Shown one piece after another: positions 35,149 through 46,500 of a stretch of 64,000 nt of DNA. Position 1 is the first letter of the stretch. Every line of letters starts with the position of its first letter. The position numbers and the translations under genes are program-made. Source of the stretch: Planctomycetaceae bacterium (GTDB lineage Bacteria; Planctomycetota; UBA1135; GCA-002686595). The notes below the pieces were generated by a model, which was not told where the DNA came from, ran no database searches, and saw nothing but the letters and a program-made list of their open reading frames with translations. Location: the NCBI GenBank assembly GCA_011525785.1, contig WYBT01000044.1, forward strand, positions 15,996 through 79,995. Reading direction: 5' to 3'.

Positions 35149-37941
35149 TCAGCGACCCGTCGCCAGGCGCGCGCGCAGCGCGGACACGCGTGCGCGGTCG
35201 GACTCGTCGGCTTCGAGCTCCAAGCTCGCGAGCAACTCCTCGAACGCCGGCGTCTCCGCGGCGAGCCGATCCGCGCGCGACGCACACTCGACGGCGCGCT
35301 CCAACGCGTCGAGCGCCGGCTCGAGCGCCCCTGTGCGTCGTTCCAGACGCGCGCACAACCGCCAGGGCGCGACTGCACGCGCGAACTCGCCGGCGTCCTC
35401 GAAACTCTGCGCGGCTCGGCGCAGCTCCTGGCGCGCGAGCGCGGCCTCGCCCAACTCTTCGGCGCAGCGCGCGAGCGCGATGCGCGTCGGCGCGGTCTGC
35501 GGCGAATCGTCGCCCGAACGCGCGGCCTGGCGCTGAAGCAGCTCCGCGTGCAGTTCGCGCGACGGCTCCCAGCGCCCCAGCTCGAGCGTGACGCGCGCCA
35601 GCGAAGTCAGTCCGGCCTCGTACACCGGGTGGCGCGGGCCGAGTTCGGCGCGCGCGACGTCGTGGGCCGCGCGCAGGTAGGGCTCGGCCGCGGCAGCGCC
35701 GCGTTGCGCCTGCTCGAGCGCGCCGAGGTTGGCGAGCACCGTGGCGTGCAGAACCGGCTCGCTGACCGGCTGGCCCTCGACCAGTTCGAGCGCGCAGCCC
35801 AGCGCCAAGCGCGCGTCGTCGACGCGGCCCAGCCGCTGCGACGCGACGCCGCGCACCAGGTGCGCCGTGGCGAGTTCGAAGGCGTCGCGCACGGATCCAC
35901 GGTCACCCTGCGCGAGCGAAAGTTCGGCGAGCGCGAGGGCGCGCTGCGGCTCGTTCAGCCCCAGCAGGAAGGTCGCCACGCCGTTGAGCGCGCGGCGACT
36001 GGCGAACGACGCGCCCAGGGATTCGCTGAGCCGCTCGAGCTCCGCCGTCAGCTCGAGCGCCTGCTCCGTGCGGCCGCGGCGCAGCGCCACCGTGGTGGCG
36101 AGCAGCAAGCCGCCGACGCGCTGCGAGAGCGACAGCGGATCGTCTCCGATGGCGAGCGCGAGCACGTCCTGCGCGCAGCGCTCGGCCTCGTCGAGCCGGC
36201 CAGCGTTGAGGTGCAGGTCGCCCAGCTGCGCGAGCGGCTGCGTGAGGACGGCGATGTCGCGCGAGCGCTCGAGCGCGCTGGCGTTGTGCAACGCGAGTTC
36301 CTGCAGCTCGCGCGCGCGCTCGAGCTCGCCGAAGTCCTGCTGCAGCCGACCGATGATCCAGGCCGCGCGCGCGGCCACGCTCGGCCGGCGCTCGAGCTTC
36401 GACTCGATCAACTCCTGGGCGCGTCCGAGCAGCGCGCGCGCGGGCAGATCGCGCGTGCCGGCCACATCGGGGCGCGCCTCGGCCAGCAGGTCGACCAGGA
36501 AGGTCAGCGTGGCCTCGCTGGCGCGGCTCTCCTCCAGTGCGCGCTCGAGCGCCTGCGTCGCACGCTCTTCGGCGCCGAGCGCGCGCGTCGTCGCGAGCCT
36601 GGCCAGCGCCGCCTGCTCGTCGGCCAGCGTGCGCAGTTCACGCTCGCGCTCGAGCTGCGCGCCGAGTTCGCGCGCGTGCTCGCTCGACTGGCGCCACAGC
36701 GCGAGCGGCGCACCCAAGGCCAGCAGCACGGCCGCGGCGCTGACGGCGCTGAGCGCTCGTCGGCGACGCACCCAGCGCAGCGCGGCCTCGAGCCGCCCGG
36801 GCGCACGTGCGCGAATCGGCCGCTGCTCGAGCAGCGCTGTCAGGTCGTCGGCGAACGCCGCTGCGCTCCCGTAGCGCCGCGCGGGCTCGAAGGCGAGCGC
36901 CACGCGGCACGCGGTCTCGGTGTCGGCGTCGATCGCGCGGTTGCGCACGCGGATCGAGTCGATGCGTCCCTTGAGCACCGCGGCCTGCAACTGGAGCGCG
37001 TCTGCGCCGCTGAAGGGCGTTTGCAGCGTGAGCAGCTCGTACAGCGTCGCGCCGAGCGAGTACACATCCGTGCGCGCGTCGAGCGCGGAGTTGGCGCCGG
37101 TCAACTGCTCGGGCGACATGTACAGCAGCGTCCCCACGGTCGCGCCCGAGCGCGTCATGCGCTCGTCGCCAGCGCTCAACGTCAGCCCGAAATCGAACAG
37201 GAAAACGCGCCCGTCGACGCCCACGGCGATGTTCGAGGGCTTGACGTCGCGGTGGAGCACGCCGCGGCGGTGCGCGTGCTCCAGCGCCAACGCGACTTCG
37301 CGAACGATGCGCAGCGCGACGTCGCGCCACGCGCCCGCGAACAGCGCCGGCGGCGAGCCGCCGACCTGCCGACCGCGCACGCGCAGCACGGCGTCGAACA
37401 GGTCGGCGCCGCGCAGCGACTCGGGCGCGCGCGTCCGCACCAGCTCGAGCACCTGCCCCAGCGGCGCGCCGTCGATCAGCTCCATCGCGAAGTACGGAAC
37501 GCCCGCCTCTTCGCCGAACTGGTGGATCGGGACGATGGCGGGATGCGAGAGCCGCGCGATGGCCTCGGCCTCGCGGCGAAAGCGCTCGCGGGCGCGCGGG
37601 AAGTAGATCAGCTCGGGACGGATCAGCTTGAGCGCGACCTCGCGCTGCAGGCTGCGCTGCCAGGCGCGGTGGACCACGCCCATACCGCCGCCGCCCAGGC
37701 GCTCGCGCAACTCGAAGTCGCCCAGCCGCTCGGGAACGCCGGAGGCCGGGCTGCGCGTGTGCGCCAGCCCCAGCCGCGCCAGCGCCTCCGCGCGGCGGCG
37801 CAACTCGCCGACCAGCGCGGGGTGGCGCTCGCACAATCCGAAGAGAACGGCCGGCTGCTCGGGGCCCTCGGCCTCGAGCCACTGCGCGAGGAGTTCCTCC
37901 ACCAGATCGTTCGCAGCGTCTTCGGCGCGGGTGCTCGACAT
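35149..37941 (-). CDS. Serine/threonine protein kinase with TM segment and C-terminal TPR domain
   Basis: Hanks kinase motifs: GGGGMGVVHRA, VALK, HRDVKPSNI, DFGL, GTLLYMSPE. A TM helix near residue 440 is followed by TPR repeats. ATG (MSSTRAED) at 37939-37941. Confidence 0.8.
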   Translation of the reverse strand: MSSTRAEDAANDLVEELLAQWLEAEGPEQPAVLFGLCERHPALVGELRRRAEALARLGLAHTRSPASGVPERLGDFELRERLGGGGMGVVHRAWQRSLQREVALKLIRPELIYFPRARERFRREAEAIARLSHPAIVPIHQFGEEAGVPYFAMELIDGAPLGQVLELVRTRAPESLRGADLFDAVLRVRGRQVGGSPPALFAGAWRDVALRIVREVALALEHAHRRGVLHRDVKPSNIAVGVDGRVFLFDFGLTLSAGDERMTRSGATVGTLLYMSPEQLTGANSALDARTDVYSLGATLYELLTLQTPFSGADALQLQAAVLKGRIDSIRVRNRAIDADTETACRVALAFEPARRYGSAAAFADDLTALLEQRPIRARAPGRLEAALRWVRRRRALSAVSAAAVLLALGAPLALWRQSSEHARELGAQLERERELRTLADEQAALARLATTRALGAEERATQALERALEESRASEATLTFLVDLLAEARPDVAGTRDLPARALLGRAQELIESKLERRPSVAARAAWIIGRLQQDFGELERARELQELALHNASALERSRDIAVLTQPLAQLGDLHLNAGRLDEAERCAQDVLALAIGDDPLSLSQRVGGLLLATTVALRRGRTEQALELTAELERLSESLGASFASRRALNGVATFLLGLNEPQRALALAELSLAQGDRGSVRDAFELATAHLVRGVASQRLGRVDDARLALGCALELVEGQPVSEPVLHATVLANLGALEQAQRGAAAAEPYLRAAHDVARAELGPRHPVYEAGLTSLARVTLELGRWEPSRELHAELLQRQAARSGDDSPQTAPTRIALARCAEELGEAALARQELRRAAQSFEDAGEFARAVAPWRLCARLERRTGALEPALDALERAVECASRADRLAAETPAFEELLASLELEADESDRARVSALRARLATGR

Positions 37942-38075
37942 GGCGTGTCGTGTGATTGTGCAGCCTGGACGCGCGTCGGGGCGGCCCGCGGGCGGCGAAG
38001 CCCTCTGCCGCCCGGCCGATGGGCGCCCTCTGGCCAGCTGCGTAGGCTGGCGCGAGTCCCATCCCACACCGCCCC

Positions 38076-39371
38076 ATGCTCCGCACCCTCTTCGCCGTCC
38101 TCACGCTCGTCTGCGCCGCGCTGGCGCAGGAGTCGACGCACACCGCGTTCCTCGCGACCAAGCACTTCGACGTGCGCTACAAGCCGCTCTCGCGCGCCGG
38201 CGCGTTCGTGGAGCGCGAAGCCGCGCGCGCCGAGCGCGATCACGCCGAGATCTGCGCAGCGCTGGGCGTCGAGCCCAAGGGCCGCTACCAGCTGTTCCTG
38301 TACGACGACGTCGACGATCTCTCGGCGACGACGGGCACGAGCGGCACCGGGGGCTTCTCGGCCGGCGACGCGAGCCACATCCCCGTCAACAACGACCAAA
38401 CCCGCTTCCACGAGCTGGTGCACATCATCGCGCTCGCGCGCCTCGAGAAGGCTGGCAACGAAGCGCGCAACCTGTTCTTCGCCGAGGGGCTCGCGAACGC
38501 GTTGCTCGAACACGTTCACGGCGTTCCGGTGCACTCCGTCGCGCGCTTCTACCTCGAGCGCAAGGCGCTGCCGCCGCTCGCGGAGATGGCCGGCGCCGCG
38601 GACTTCTACGCCTGGCTCGGCGCGCGGCCGGGCTTCAACGCCTACGACATTGCGGGGAGCTACTTGCGCTTCCTGCTCGACACCTACGGCGCAAAGAAGA
38701 CCACGCGCTACTACATGGGCGCGACGGCGAGCGCGGCGTTCGGCGCGGACGAGTCGAAGCTCGAGAAGGCCTGGCGCGAGGCGCTCGCGCGTTTCGAACT
38801 GCGGCCCGAGGTCGCGGCGCTGCTCGAAGAGCGCCACGGCGCGTCGGCGCAGATGACCCTCGACCTCGCGCAGCCCGCGGGGCTGCCGGCGGAGCTCCTC
38901 GGCGCGCCCGTGGACTGGGTCAGCCTGCTCGACCAGAAGTTGCAGCCGCAGAACGGCGCGGAGTGGAAGCGCACCAAGGACGGCATCGTCGGCAAAAGCG
39001 CGCTGGGCGAGTGGTCGATCTGCGAGCTGGGCTCGGAGCTGTACGGCGACTGCGCGATCCGCGCGATCATCCACACGCCGCACTATTCTCCTCTGATGGT
39101 GCGCTTGAGCGCCGCGAACCAGGGTTTGCTCGTCAACGGAACCTTCGTCTACCGCAACGGCGAGTCGCACGCCTTCTCAGCACTGGCCAGCATGGACGGC
39201 GCGCGGCGCAAGACCGACTTCGTGCTCGTGCGGCGCGCGGGGAAGATCGAGATCTGGATCGACGAGCGGCGCGTGCTCGCGACCGACGCCGAGAACACGC
39301 CCTCGACCGTAGGCATCGGCTTCCACCAGGGCGAAGTGCGCTTCGAGAGCGTGCGCGTGCGCCGGCTGTGA
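38076..39371 (+). CDS. Secreted protein with HExxH motif and C-terminal DUF1080/LamG-like jellyroll domain
   Basis: Signal peptide MLRTLFAVLTLVCAALA. HELVH zinc-binding-like motif. The C-terminal ~190 aa (SALGEWSI...GKIEIWIDERRVL...VGIGFHQGEVRFESVRV) resemble 3-keto-disaccharide-hydrolase-type domains. Confidence 0.55.
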   Translation: MLRTLFAVLTLVCAALAQESTHTAFLATKHFDVRYKPLSRAGAFVEREAARAERDHAEICAALGVEPKGRYQLFLYDDVDDLSATTGTSGTGGFSAGDASHIPVNNDQTRFHELVHIIALARLEKAGNEARNLFFAEGLANALLEHVHGVPVHSVARFYLERKALPPLAEMAGAADFYAWLGARPGFNAYDIAGSYLRFLLDTYGAKKTTRYYMGATASAAFGADESKLEKAWREALARFELRPEVAALLEERHGASAQMTLDLAQPAGLPAELLGAPVDWVSLLDQKLQPQNGAEWKRTKDGIVGKSALGEWSICELGSELYGDCAIRAIIHTPHYSPLMVRLSAANQGLLVNGTFVYRNGESHAFSALASMDGARRKTDFVLVRRAGKIEIWIDERRVLATDAENTPSTVGIGFHQGEVRFESVRVRRL

Positions 39372-39381
39372 GCGTGCGGAC

Positions 39382-41367
39382 GTGAGCGACTCGACCGCGA
39401 ACTCGAATACGGCGACAGCACGCGGCGTCGCGCTCGCGCTGCTGGTTCTCACGGCCGCGATCGTGGCCGCCTTCTCGCCCGTGTTCGACGCGCAGTTCGT
39501 CAACTGGGACGACAACTTCAACCTCGAGGACCTGCGCGCGCGCCTGGGCGATCCGCTCAGCTTCTTCCACACCACCGGGCGCATCGATCCCTACCAGCCG
39601 CTGGCCTGGTGCTCGCTGTGGCTCGACGCGCAGCTGTGGGGCCTCGATCAGGGCCTGGACGCGCCGCAGGCGGGTCGCTTTCACGCGACCAGCGTCGCGC
39701 TGCACGTGCTCGCGGCCTGGGCGGTGTTCGCTCTGGCGCGCACGCTGCTCGGCCGAGCACGCCCGCAGGCGAGTCCGCGCACGCTCACGCTCGCAGCGTT
39801 GATCGCTGCGTTGGTCTTCGCGGTGCACCCGCTGCGCGCCGAGTCCGTCGCCTGGGTCACCGAGCGCCGCGACGTGCTCTCCGGCCTGTTCTTCGCGCTG
39901 GCCGCGCTGGTGTGGGTGCGCGCCGCCCCGCGCGAAGCGCCGCAGCTCCGCTCGCTGCCGCAGGCCGCGGGCGCGGTGGCGCTCGGCGCGGCGTTCGTGG
40001 GCCTGTTCTTCGGCTCGGTGCGCATCGACGGCGACGCGCCGCTGAGCTGGCGCGGAGCGGGCGCCGCAGGTCTGGGCGCAGGACTGTGCGCACTCGCAGG
40101 CTGCGGCTGGCTGGCGGCGCGCGCGACGGGTCGCGACGCGCGCGGCGCCGCGCTGTGCCTGCTGGCGCTGCTCCTGGCGCTGCTCGCGTACGCGTCAAAG
40201 GGCCTGACCGTGCTGCTGCCGGTCGCGCTGCTGATCGCCGACGTCGAGCCGCTGCGACGCGCGAACTGGCGCAGCGCCGCGGCGCTGCTGGTCGAGAAGA
40301 GCGCACTGTGGTGCGCCTCGCTGGCGGGCGGCGTGCTGGCTTCGTGGGCACAGGTGCGCGCGGGGCAGACGCTCGCGAGCTGGGAAGCGCACACGCTCGC
40401 CGAGCGCACGTTGCAGGCCTTCTACGGCCTGGGCTTCTACGTTTCGCGCACGCTCGTGCCGCACGGGCTCAGCCCGATCCACTTACTGCCCGACGAACTC
40501 ACGCTCGCCCAGCCGCGCTTTGCGCTCGCGACGTTCGCCGTGCTCGCCGGAGCGGCCACGCTGTTCGTGTTGCGCCGCCGCGTTCCGGCGCTGATCGCGG
40601 CGCTCGCAGCCTTCGCCGCGCTGGTCGCACCGGTGTTGGGCTTCTCGCAGGCCGGCCTGCAGATCGTCGCCGAGCGCTACACCTACCTCGCGAGCATGCC
40701 GCTGGCGCTCTGGCTCGGCGGCGCATGGCTCGCCTCGCGCGACGCGCGCTGGCGCCGCGTCGTCGACCTCGCCGGCGGCGCCTGGCTGCTGGCCCTGGTC
40801 GGCGCGACGTTCGTGCAGGCGGGCGTGTGGCGCGATTCGCAGGCGCTGTGGGATCAGGCGCTCGCCGTGGATCCGCACAACGTCGCCGCACTCGAGCAAT
40901 TGGGCTCCTATCGCGGCCTGCAGGCGCAAGCGGCGCAGGACCCCGCCGAGCGCCGGCGGCTGCTGGAGGAGGCCGACGCGATCTACCTGCGCGCGCTGGC
41001 GCTCGATCCGACGCCCAAGCCGACGCTGCCCTTCAGCCGCGCCATCAACCTGCTCGCGCTCGATCGACCGGCCGAGGCGCTCGAGCCCCTGCAGCGCTAC
41101 TGCGAGCTCTTCCCGAACAAGGCCCCGGCGCGAGCGCACCTGGGCGCGGCGCTGGCGGGCTGCGGGCGGCGCGAAGAAGCCGCGCGCGAACTCGAACGCG
41201 CCGTGGAGAGCGATCCGAGCTACGTGAAGGGCTGGCAGTTCCTGGCGCACGTGCGCGAGCAGCTCGGCGACCGCGCCGGCGCCAGCGCGGCCTGGGAGCG
41301 CGTGCTCACGCTGCTCCCGGGCAATCGGGCCGCGCTCGCGCGCCTGTCGGCGTTGCGCGGCGCGTGA
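39382..41367 (+). CDS. TMTC-like membrane protein (DUF1736 / PMT_2-type multi-TM domain) with C-terminal TPR repeats
   Basis: About 420 aa with at least 10 TM helices, followed by about 200 aa of TPR. GTG start at 39382. Confidence 0.6.
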   Translation: MSDSTANSNTATARGVALALLVLTAAIVAAFSPVFDAQFVNWDDNFNLEDLRARLGDPLSFFHTTGRIDPYQPLAWCSLWLDAQLWGLDQGLDAPQAGRFHATSVALHVLAAWAVFALARTLLGRARPQASPRTLTLAALIAALVFAVHPLRAESVAWVTERRDVLSGLFFALAALVWVRAAPREAPQLRSLPQAAGAVALGAAFVGLFFGSVRIDGDAPLSWRGAGAAGLGAGLCALAGCGWLAARATGRDARGAALCLLALLLALLAYASKGLTVLLPVALLIADVEPLRRANWRSAAALLVEKSALWCASLAGGVLASWAQVRAGQTLASWEAHTLAERTLQAFYGLGFYVSRTLVPHGLSPIHLLPDELTLAQPRFALATFAVLAGAATLFVLRRRVPALIAALAAFAALVAPVLGFSQAGLQIVAERYTYLASMPLALWLGGAWLASRDARWRRVVDLAGGAWLLALVGATFVQAGVWRDSQALWDQALAVDPHNVAALEQLGSYRGLQAQAAQDPAERRRLLEEADAIYLRALALDPTPKPTLPFSRAINLLALDRPAEALEPLQRYCELFPNKAPARAHLGAALAGCGRREEAARELERAVESDPSYVKGWQFLAHVREQLGDRAGASAAWERVLTLLPGNRAALARLSALRGA

Positions 41368-41533
41368 TCGCGCGCACGCGCTGAGCTGCGAGTTTCCCGG
41401 AATCCGCGCGCGGCGCGAGGATTCCCGAAAGTCGTAGCGACAAGACAAACGGATCAGCGCGGCCGAACGCCGCGGGTCGTGTCGGCGCTCTGCCCGACAT
41501 GCCCACGGGTTGCGGCGCTCGATCGCGCTGAGC

Positions 41534-43567
41534 TCAGAAGCTCATGCCGAGCGAGAAGTGCGTGACCCACTCGGACTCGCCGTCGCGCGGGTCGGGGTTG
41601 GCCGAGACGTCCAGGCGCAGCGGTCCGATCGGGAGCGCATAGCGCAGGCCCAGGCCCAGGCCGTGGCGGAAGCCGTCGAACTCGAAGAAGTCCTCGGCGC
41701 GCGGCTCGACGTTGCCCGCGTCGTAGAAGGCCGCGCCCCACAGCGAGCCGAGCAGCTCGCGCCGCAGCTCGAGCGTGAGCGTCGAGAAGGCCTCGCCGCC
41801 CAGCGCTTCGCCCGTGGAGTCGAGCGGCCCCAGTCGGTCTTCGCGGAACGAGCGCACGCTGTTCTCGCCGCCGTTGAAGTAGCGCTCCTGCACCGGGATC
41901 GCGTCGGTGCCGCCCGTGGGCGCGATCACGCCGCCGCGGTAGGCCCAGGCCAGGACCGCGGCATCGCTGAGCGGCACGAACACCGCCTGGGAGAACTGCA
42001 GGCGCAGGAAGTCGAGTTCCGAGCCCAGCGCGGCCCCGGCGAACTCGAGCGACAGGCGCGTCTGCACGCCGCGCGTCGGCGTGAAGACGCTGTCGCGACT
42101 GTCGAAGCTCAGCCCGCCCCGCAGCGAGGAGATGTCGAAGTCGTCGAGCTCGTCCTGCGCCAGCGGGTCGTTGATGTCGAAGGCCGTCAGCTCCGAGCGC
42201 CGGTAGCGGTACTCGAGCTCGGCGCGCGCGTCGCGCGAGAGGTTGCGCAGGAGCGACAGCGCCGCGCCGCGCTCGTCCTTGTCGAAGGACGGCTCGTCGC
42301 GCACTTCGCGGAACACGCTCAGCGAAGCCTGCACGTCGCTGCCCCACAGGCGCGGCTCGGTCAGGCTGACCAGCGCGCGCTGCGCCAGCTCAGCCGCCAG
42401 ACCCTCCACGCGCAGCACGCGGCCCGAGCCGAACAGGTTCTTGTCGCGCCAACCGGCCAGCACGCGCGGACCTTCGTACGAGCCCAGCCCCGGCTCCACG
42501 TAGACCTCGCGCGAGGCGGCTTCCTCGAACTCGATGCTGAGCTCGCGCTCGGCGGCGCCCTCGGGCGCAAGCTGCGTCTGCACGCGCGTGAACAGCCCGG
42601 TCGCGAACAGCTTCGAGAAGCTGCTGCGCAGCTCGCGCACGTCGTAGCTCGCGCCCGGCCGGAGGTCGATCAGCGCGCGCACGTAGCTCTCGCGCGTACG
42701 CACCAGTCCCGTCAGATTCACGGCCGTGACGCGCACCGCCGGCCCCGGATCGACCACCAGCTCCAGGCGCGCCTCGCCGCTCTCGTCGAGCTCGACCTCC
42801 ACGGACTCGATGCGCACGTCGGGATAGCCCGAGCGCTCGTACAACTCCCCCACGCGTCCGCGCGCGGTGGCCACGCTGCGCGGCGTGAACGGCCGGCCGA
42901 CCACGCCCTCCCAGTCGAGCGTCGCATCCAACAGCGCGACTCCGCCGCGGAGGCTCGGCGCCGCCCGGAGCATGTAGCGCGGACCCTCGTGCACGCCGAA
43001 CACCACCTGCACGCGCTCGCCGCTGGCGTCGAACTCCACGCGCGGCGGCTCGATGCGCGCGCGGGCGTGTCCGCGCTCCGCATAGAACGCTTCCAAGGCC
43101 CCGACGGCGCGCTCGAAGTCGCGCTCGGAGTACCACACCGGCTCGCCGCGCGCGCTGGGGTCGCGCAGGCCGATGGCCGCGGTCAACTCGCGGCGCTCGA
43201 AGCGCGCGGCGCCTTCGAAGGCGATGCGTTCGACGCGCGCGCGCGGGCCGCTGCGGATCGCGAAGCGGGCGCGCGGCGCGCCACCCGCGGGCTCGAGCAG
43301 CTCGTACTCGACGCTCGCCTGCGGATAGCCGCGGCCGCGGAAGTGCTCGGCCAGCGACCAGGCTGCGTCGTCGAGCGCGGAACGCGGCGAGCTGCGGCGT
43401 TCGAGGTCTTCGAGGTCCTCGGCCACCACGCGTTCGAGCTCCCCCGAGCTCGCCTCGAACGAGCCGGAGAACTCCAGCGCGATGCGCGGCCCGCCGCGCT
43501 TGGGCGCCGAAGCGCACGCGGAGAGCAGCGACAGCGCCAGCACGAGCCACGCGCGAGCGGCGCTCAT
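41534..43567 (-). CDS. tamA: Omp85-family outer membrane protein, TamA/BamA-like
   Basis: Signal MSAARAWLVLALSLLSACAS. POTRA-like repeats. C-terminal bacterial-surface-antigen beta-barrel ending in ...VTHFSLGMSF (aromatic terminal residue). Its ATG overlaps the tamB stop (ATGA). Confidence 0.8.
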   Translation of the reverse strand: MSAARAWLVLALSLLSACASAPKRGGPRIALEFSGSFEASSGELERVVAEDLEDLERRSSPRSALDDAAWSLAEHFRGRGYPQASVEYELLEPAGGAPRARFAIRSGPRARVERIAFEGAARFERRELTAAIGLRDPSARGEPVWYSERDFERAVGALEAFYAERGHARARIEPPRVEFDASGERVQVVFGVHEGPRYMLRAAPSLRGGVALLDATLDWEGVVGRPFTPRSVATARGRVGELYERSGYPDVRIESVEVELDESGEARLELVVDPGPAVRVTAVNLTGLVRTRESYVRALIDLRPGASYDVRELRSSFSKLFATGLFTRVQTQLAPEGAAERELSIEFEEAASREVYVEPGLGSYEGPRVLAGWRDKNLFGSGRVLRVEGLAAELAQRALVSLTEPRLWGSDVQASLSVFREVRDEPSFDKDERGAALSLLRNLSRDARAELEYRYRRSELTAFDINDPLAQDELDDFDISSLRGGLSFDSRDSVFTPTRGVQTRLSLEFAGAALGSELDFLRLQFSQAVFVPLSDAAVLAWAYRGGVIAPTGGTDAIPVQERYFNGGENSVRSFREDRLGPLDSTGEALGGEAFSTLTLELRRELLGSLWGAAFYDAGNVEPRAEDFFEFDGFRHGLGLGLRYALPIGPLRLDVSANPDPRDGESEWVTHFSLGMSF

Positions 43568-46500
43568 TTGAGGCGCACCACCCAGCGCAGTCCGTAGTTG
43601 ATGCGGTCGTAGATGTCGCGCTCGCCGCGCAGGTACGTCGCCGAGCCCGTGCCGCTGGCCGAGCCGGTCAGTCGCACGCTGACCTGCGCGGTCGCGCCGC
43701 CGGTGCGCGTCGCGTCGCTGCCCGCGCGCCACTCCAGCCGCTCCATCAGCGAACCGCCGTCGTCGCCGGTCCAGCTCGACAGCAGGTCCTTGCCGAGGAA
43801 CAGGATCACCGTCTGCGCCGCCTCGATGCCGCTCTCGTTGCCGACCAGGTCGCGCGGCGCCCGGCCGGTGAGCAGCAGCACGCTGATGTCCTCGCTGCGC
43901 AGCGGCGGGCTCGAGCTCAACTCGCGCTCCAGCGCGTCGCTGCGGCCGCTGACGCGCGCCGTGACGTCGTAGCCCAGCACGCGGCTGGTGGCGGTGATGT
44001 CGATCGTCGGCGTCGTGGGCGCGAACGACTCGAACACCAGCGTGCCCGCCTGCAGCTCGAGCGTGCTGCCGGGGAGCGTGATGCGCGTCGGATCGAGGAA
44101 CACCACGCCCTCCAGCGTGGGCGCATCCGCGCGTCCGCCCAGGCGCAGGTCGGGGCGCAGGTTGATGCGTCCCAGGTTGGTGTCGATCACGAAGTCGCCC
44201 GCCGACTCGATCGCGACGTCGTAGTTCAGCCGCTCGAGCGCGCTGCCGCGGATCGTGAAGGGCAATTCGCCGCCGCGCCGCGCGACCACCGGCGCCGGAG
44301 CGCTCGGCAGCCACTCGATGCGCTGGCGCCAGCGTCCGTCGCGCGCGCCGACGCGGCCGGAGAGCGTGGGCGAGGCGAACGGGCCGCGCAGCGTGAGCTC
44401 GGCGTCGGCGCGCGCGCGCAAGTCGGCGCTGCGCAGCACGAGCAGCTCGCGCCCGCTCAAGCTCAGGTCGAACAGGCCTTCGCCTGAGAAGTCCACCGCG
44501 CCGCGCAACGCAAACGGGCCGCCGCCGAGCTCGCCGCTCAGCGACTCCACCTCCAGGCGCGCACCGCGCACGCTGCCGCGCGCCTCGATGCGCTCGAAGG
44601 GCGGCGCGTCGACGCCCAGCCGCAGGGCGCCGCGCTCCCAGCGCCAGGCGCCGTCCGCACGCGGCGCACTCCAGCTCCCGCCGACGACCACGTCGCCGCT
44701 GAGCGCGCCCTCGATGCGCCGCAGCGTCGGCGTGAGCACCGCCAGCCAGCGCAGGTCGTCGATCGCCCAGCGCGCGCGCAGCGCCAGCGGCTCGTCCGCG
44801 CTGAGCGCGCTGCGCCCGCCGTCCGCGAGCCACTGCGCCACGCCGCCCAGGCGTCCGCTCGCGCTCACATCCACGCGGCCGGGCGCGCTCAGCTCGAAGC
44901 GCTCGAGCAGCAGTCCGCCCGCCAGGCGCGCATCGAGCAGCGCCGTCATTCCCGCCAGCGCCGCGCTTGCATCGCGCAACGGCGTGTCATCGGCCGCGAG
45001 CTCGAGCTGCTGCGCCTGGAGCTGGAGCCGCCCGCTCGGCGTTCCGTCCTCGCTCTGCACGTCGACACTGGCGTCGACCAGGCCGCGCAACTCCACCGGC
45101 GTCTCCAGCAAACGCCAGGGCCACAGCGCGAGGTCCAGCGCGCGCGCGCTGCCGCGCAGGTTCGCGGCCACGGTTCGCGCCGAGAGCTCGCCGGGAGCAG
45201 TGCGCCGCGCCCACCCGCTCAGCTCGACGAACCCGGCCTGGCCGCCTTGGACCTCGAGCAGCTCGAGCGCGAGGCGCTCTTCGTCGGCTCGACCGCGCAG
45301 GCGCACATCCGCCACGGGCCAGACCTCGCTCCAGCGCGCTCCCTGCGCCGCCAAGTCGGCCGTCGCGCTCCACCCGCGGCCATCGCGCGCGACCTCGAGC
45401 TCTCCGCCGAGCGTGCGGCACTCCAGGCCGGACGGGGTCAGCGGACCGAGCAGCGCGCGCAGATCGAGCTCGCCTGCGCTCAGGCTCAGGCGCATCTCGT
45501 CGGGCGCAAGTTGCGCCTCGAGCCTCGCCCGGCCCCCCGAGCCGGCCAGCGTCAGCGGCGAGATCACCAGTCGCCCCGCGGAGAACTCCAGGCTCGCCGG
45601 CTCGAGCAGCGCGAGGCCTGCGTCGCCGTGGAGAAGTTCGAGCGCCTCCAAACGCGCCAGCGCTGCGGACTGGCCGAACTCGTGGAGCACCTCTCCGCGC
45701 GCGCGCAACTGATCGATCTGCGAGCGCAGCTCGAGCCGTTCGACCAGCCAGCGCCGGCCGGTGCGGGAGAGCGCGAGTTGAGCGCGGTCGAAACGCCGCT
45801 CGCCGTAGCCCAAGGCCTCGTCGGCGACGAGTTCGAGCCGGCCGTCGGGCGCGCGCCACGCGCCGTCGAGTCGAGCGCTGAGCCGCACCGTGCCGGGACG
45901 CAGGTACGGCGCGACATCGCGCAGTCCCAAGGTTTGCGCGAGCGTCAGCGCGTCTTCGGTCGCCGCGCGCACGAGCAGCGCGTCGAAGCGCCGCTCGTCG
46001 AGCTCGACCGCTCCGCTGAGCTCGAGCTCGCCCAGCCCGCCGCGCGCGCGCAGCCGCCGCAGCTCGAGCCGTCCGCGCCGCAGACTCGCGTCGGCGAGCA
46101 CGTTGCCCAGCTCGAGCGCGCCGAAGGCCACGTCCTCGCCGACCAGGTCGAGTTCGCCGCGCAGGTCGGAGCGCGCGCCGACCAGACGCACGGCGCCGGC
46201 GGCTCGCCCGCGCCATCCCGGCGCGCCGAACAGCGCGCCGACGCGCGAGAAGTCCTCCACGCGCGCCCGCGAGGACAGGTCGAGCTGCGCGGCCTCGAGC
46301 CAGTCGGCTTCGCCCGCGCCGTACTGCACGCGGCCGCGTTCGAGCACGAAGTTCGCGCCGGTGGTGCTCAGGCGACCGGCCGAGAGCTCCACACCGCCTT
46401 CGTCGAGCGCGCCGCGCAGTTCGAGAACGTGTGGAGGCGCCGCAGACGGATCGACGCCGAGCAGGCTCGGCAGATCGTGAGCGACCAGCTCGAACTCGCC

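Noticed and set aside
34636-38856. 1406-aa plus-strand ORF opposite the Ser/Thr kinase
   Set aside because: Antisense to a kinase with a complete Hanks motif set. Arg-rich.
41380-41430. TTTCCCGGAATCC ... GGATTCCCGAAA element between the convergent TMTC-like and tamA genes
   Set aside because: Only a 7-bp inverted core (GGAATCC / GGATTCC) with a GC-rich loop and no U-tract on either strand. It is too weak to call a terminator or operator.
41510-43597. 695-aa plus-strand ORF, and the N-terminal 422-aa extension of ORF 41534..44833
   Set aside because: Antisense or extension artefacts. tamA starts at the ATG at 43567, which is coupled to the tamB stop, and it has a proper signal peptide.
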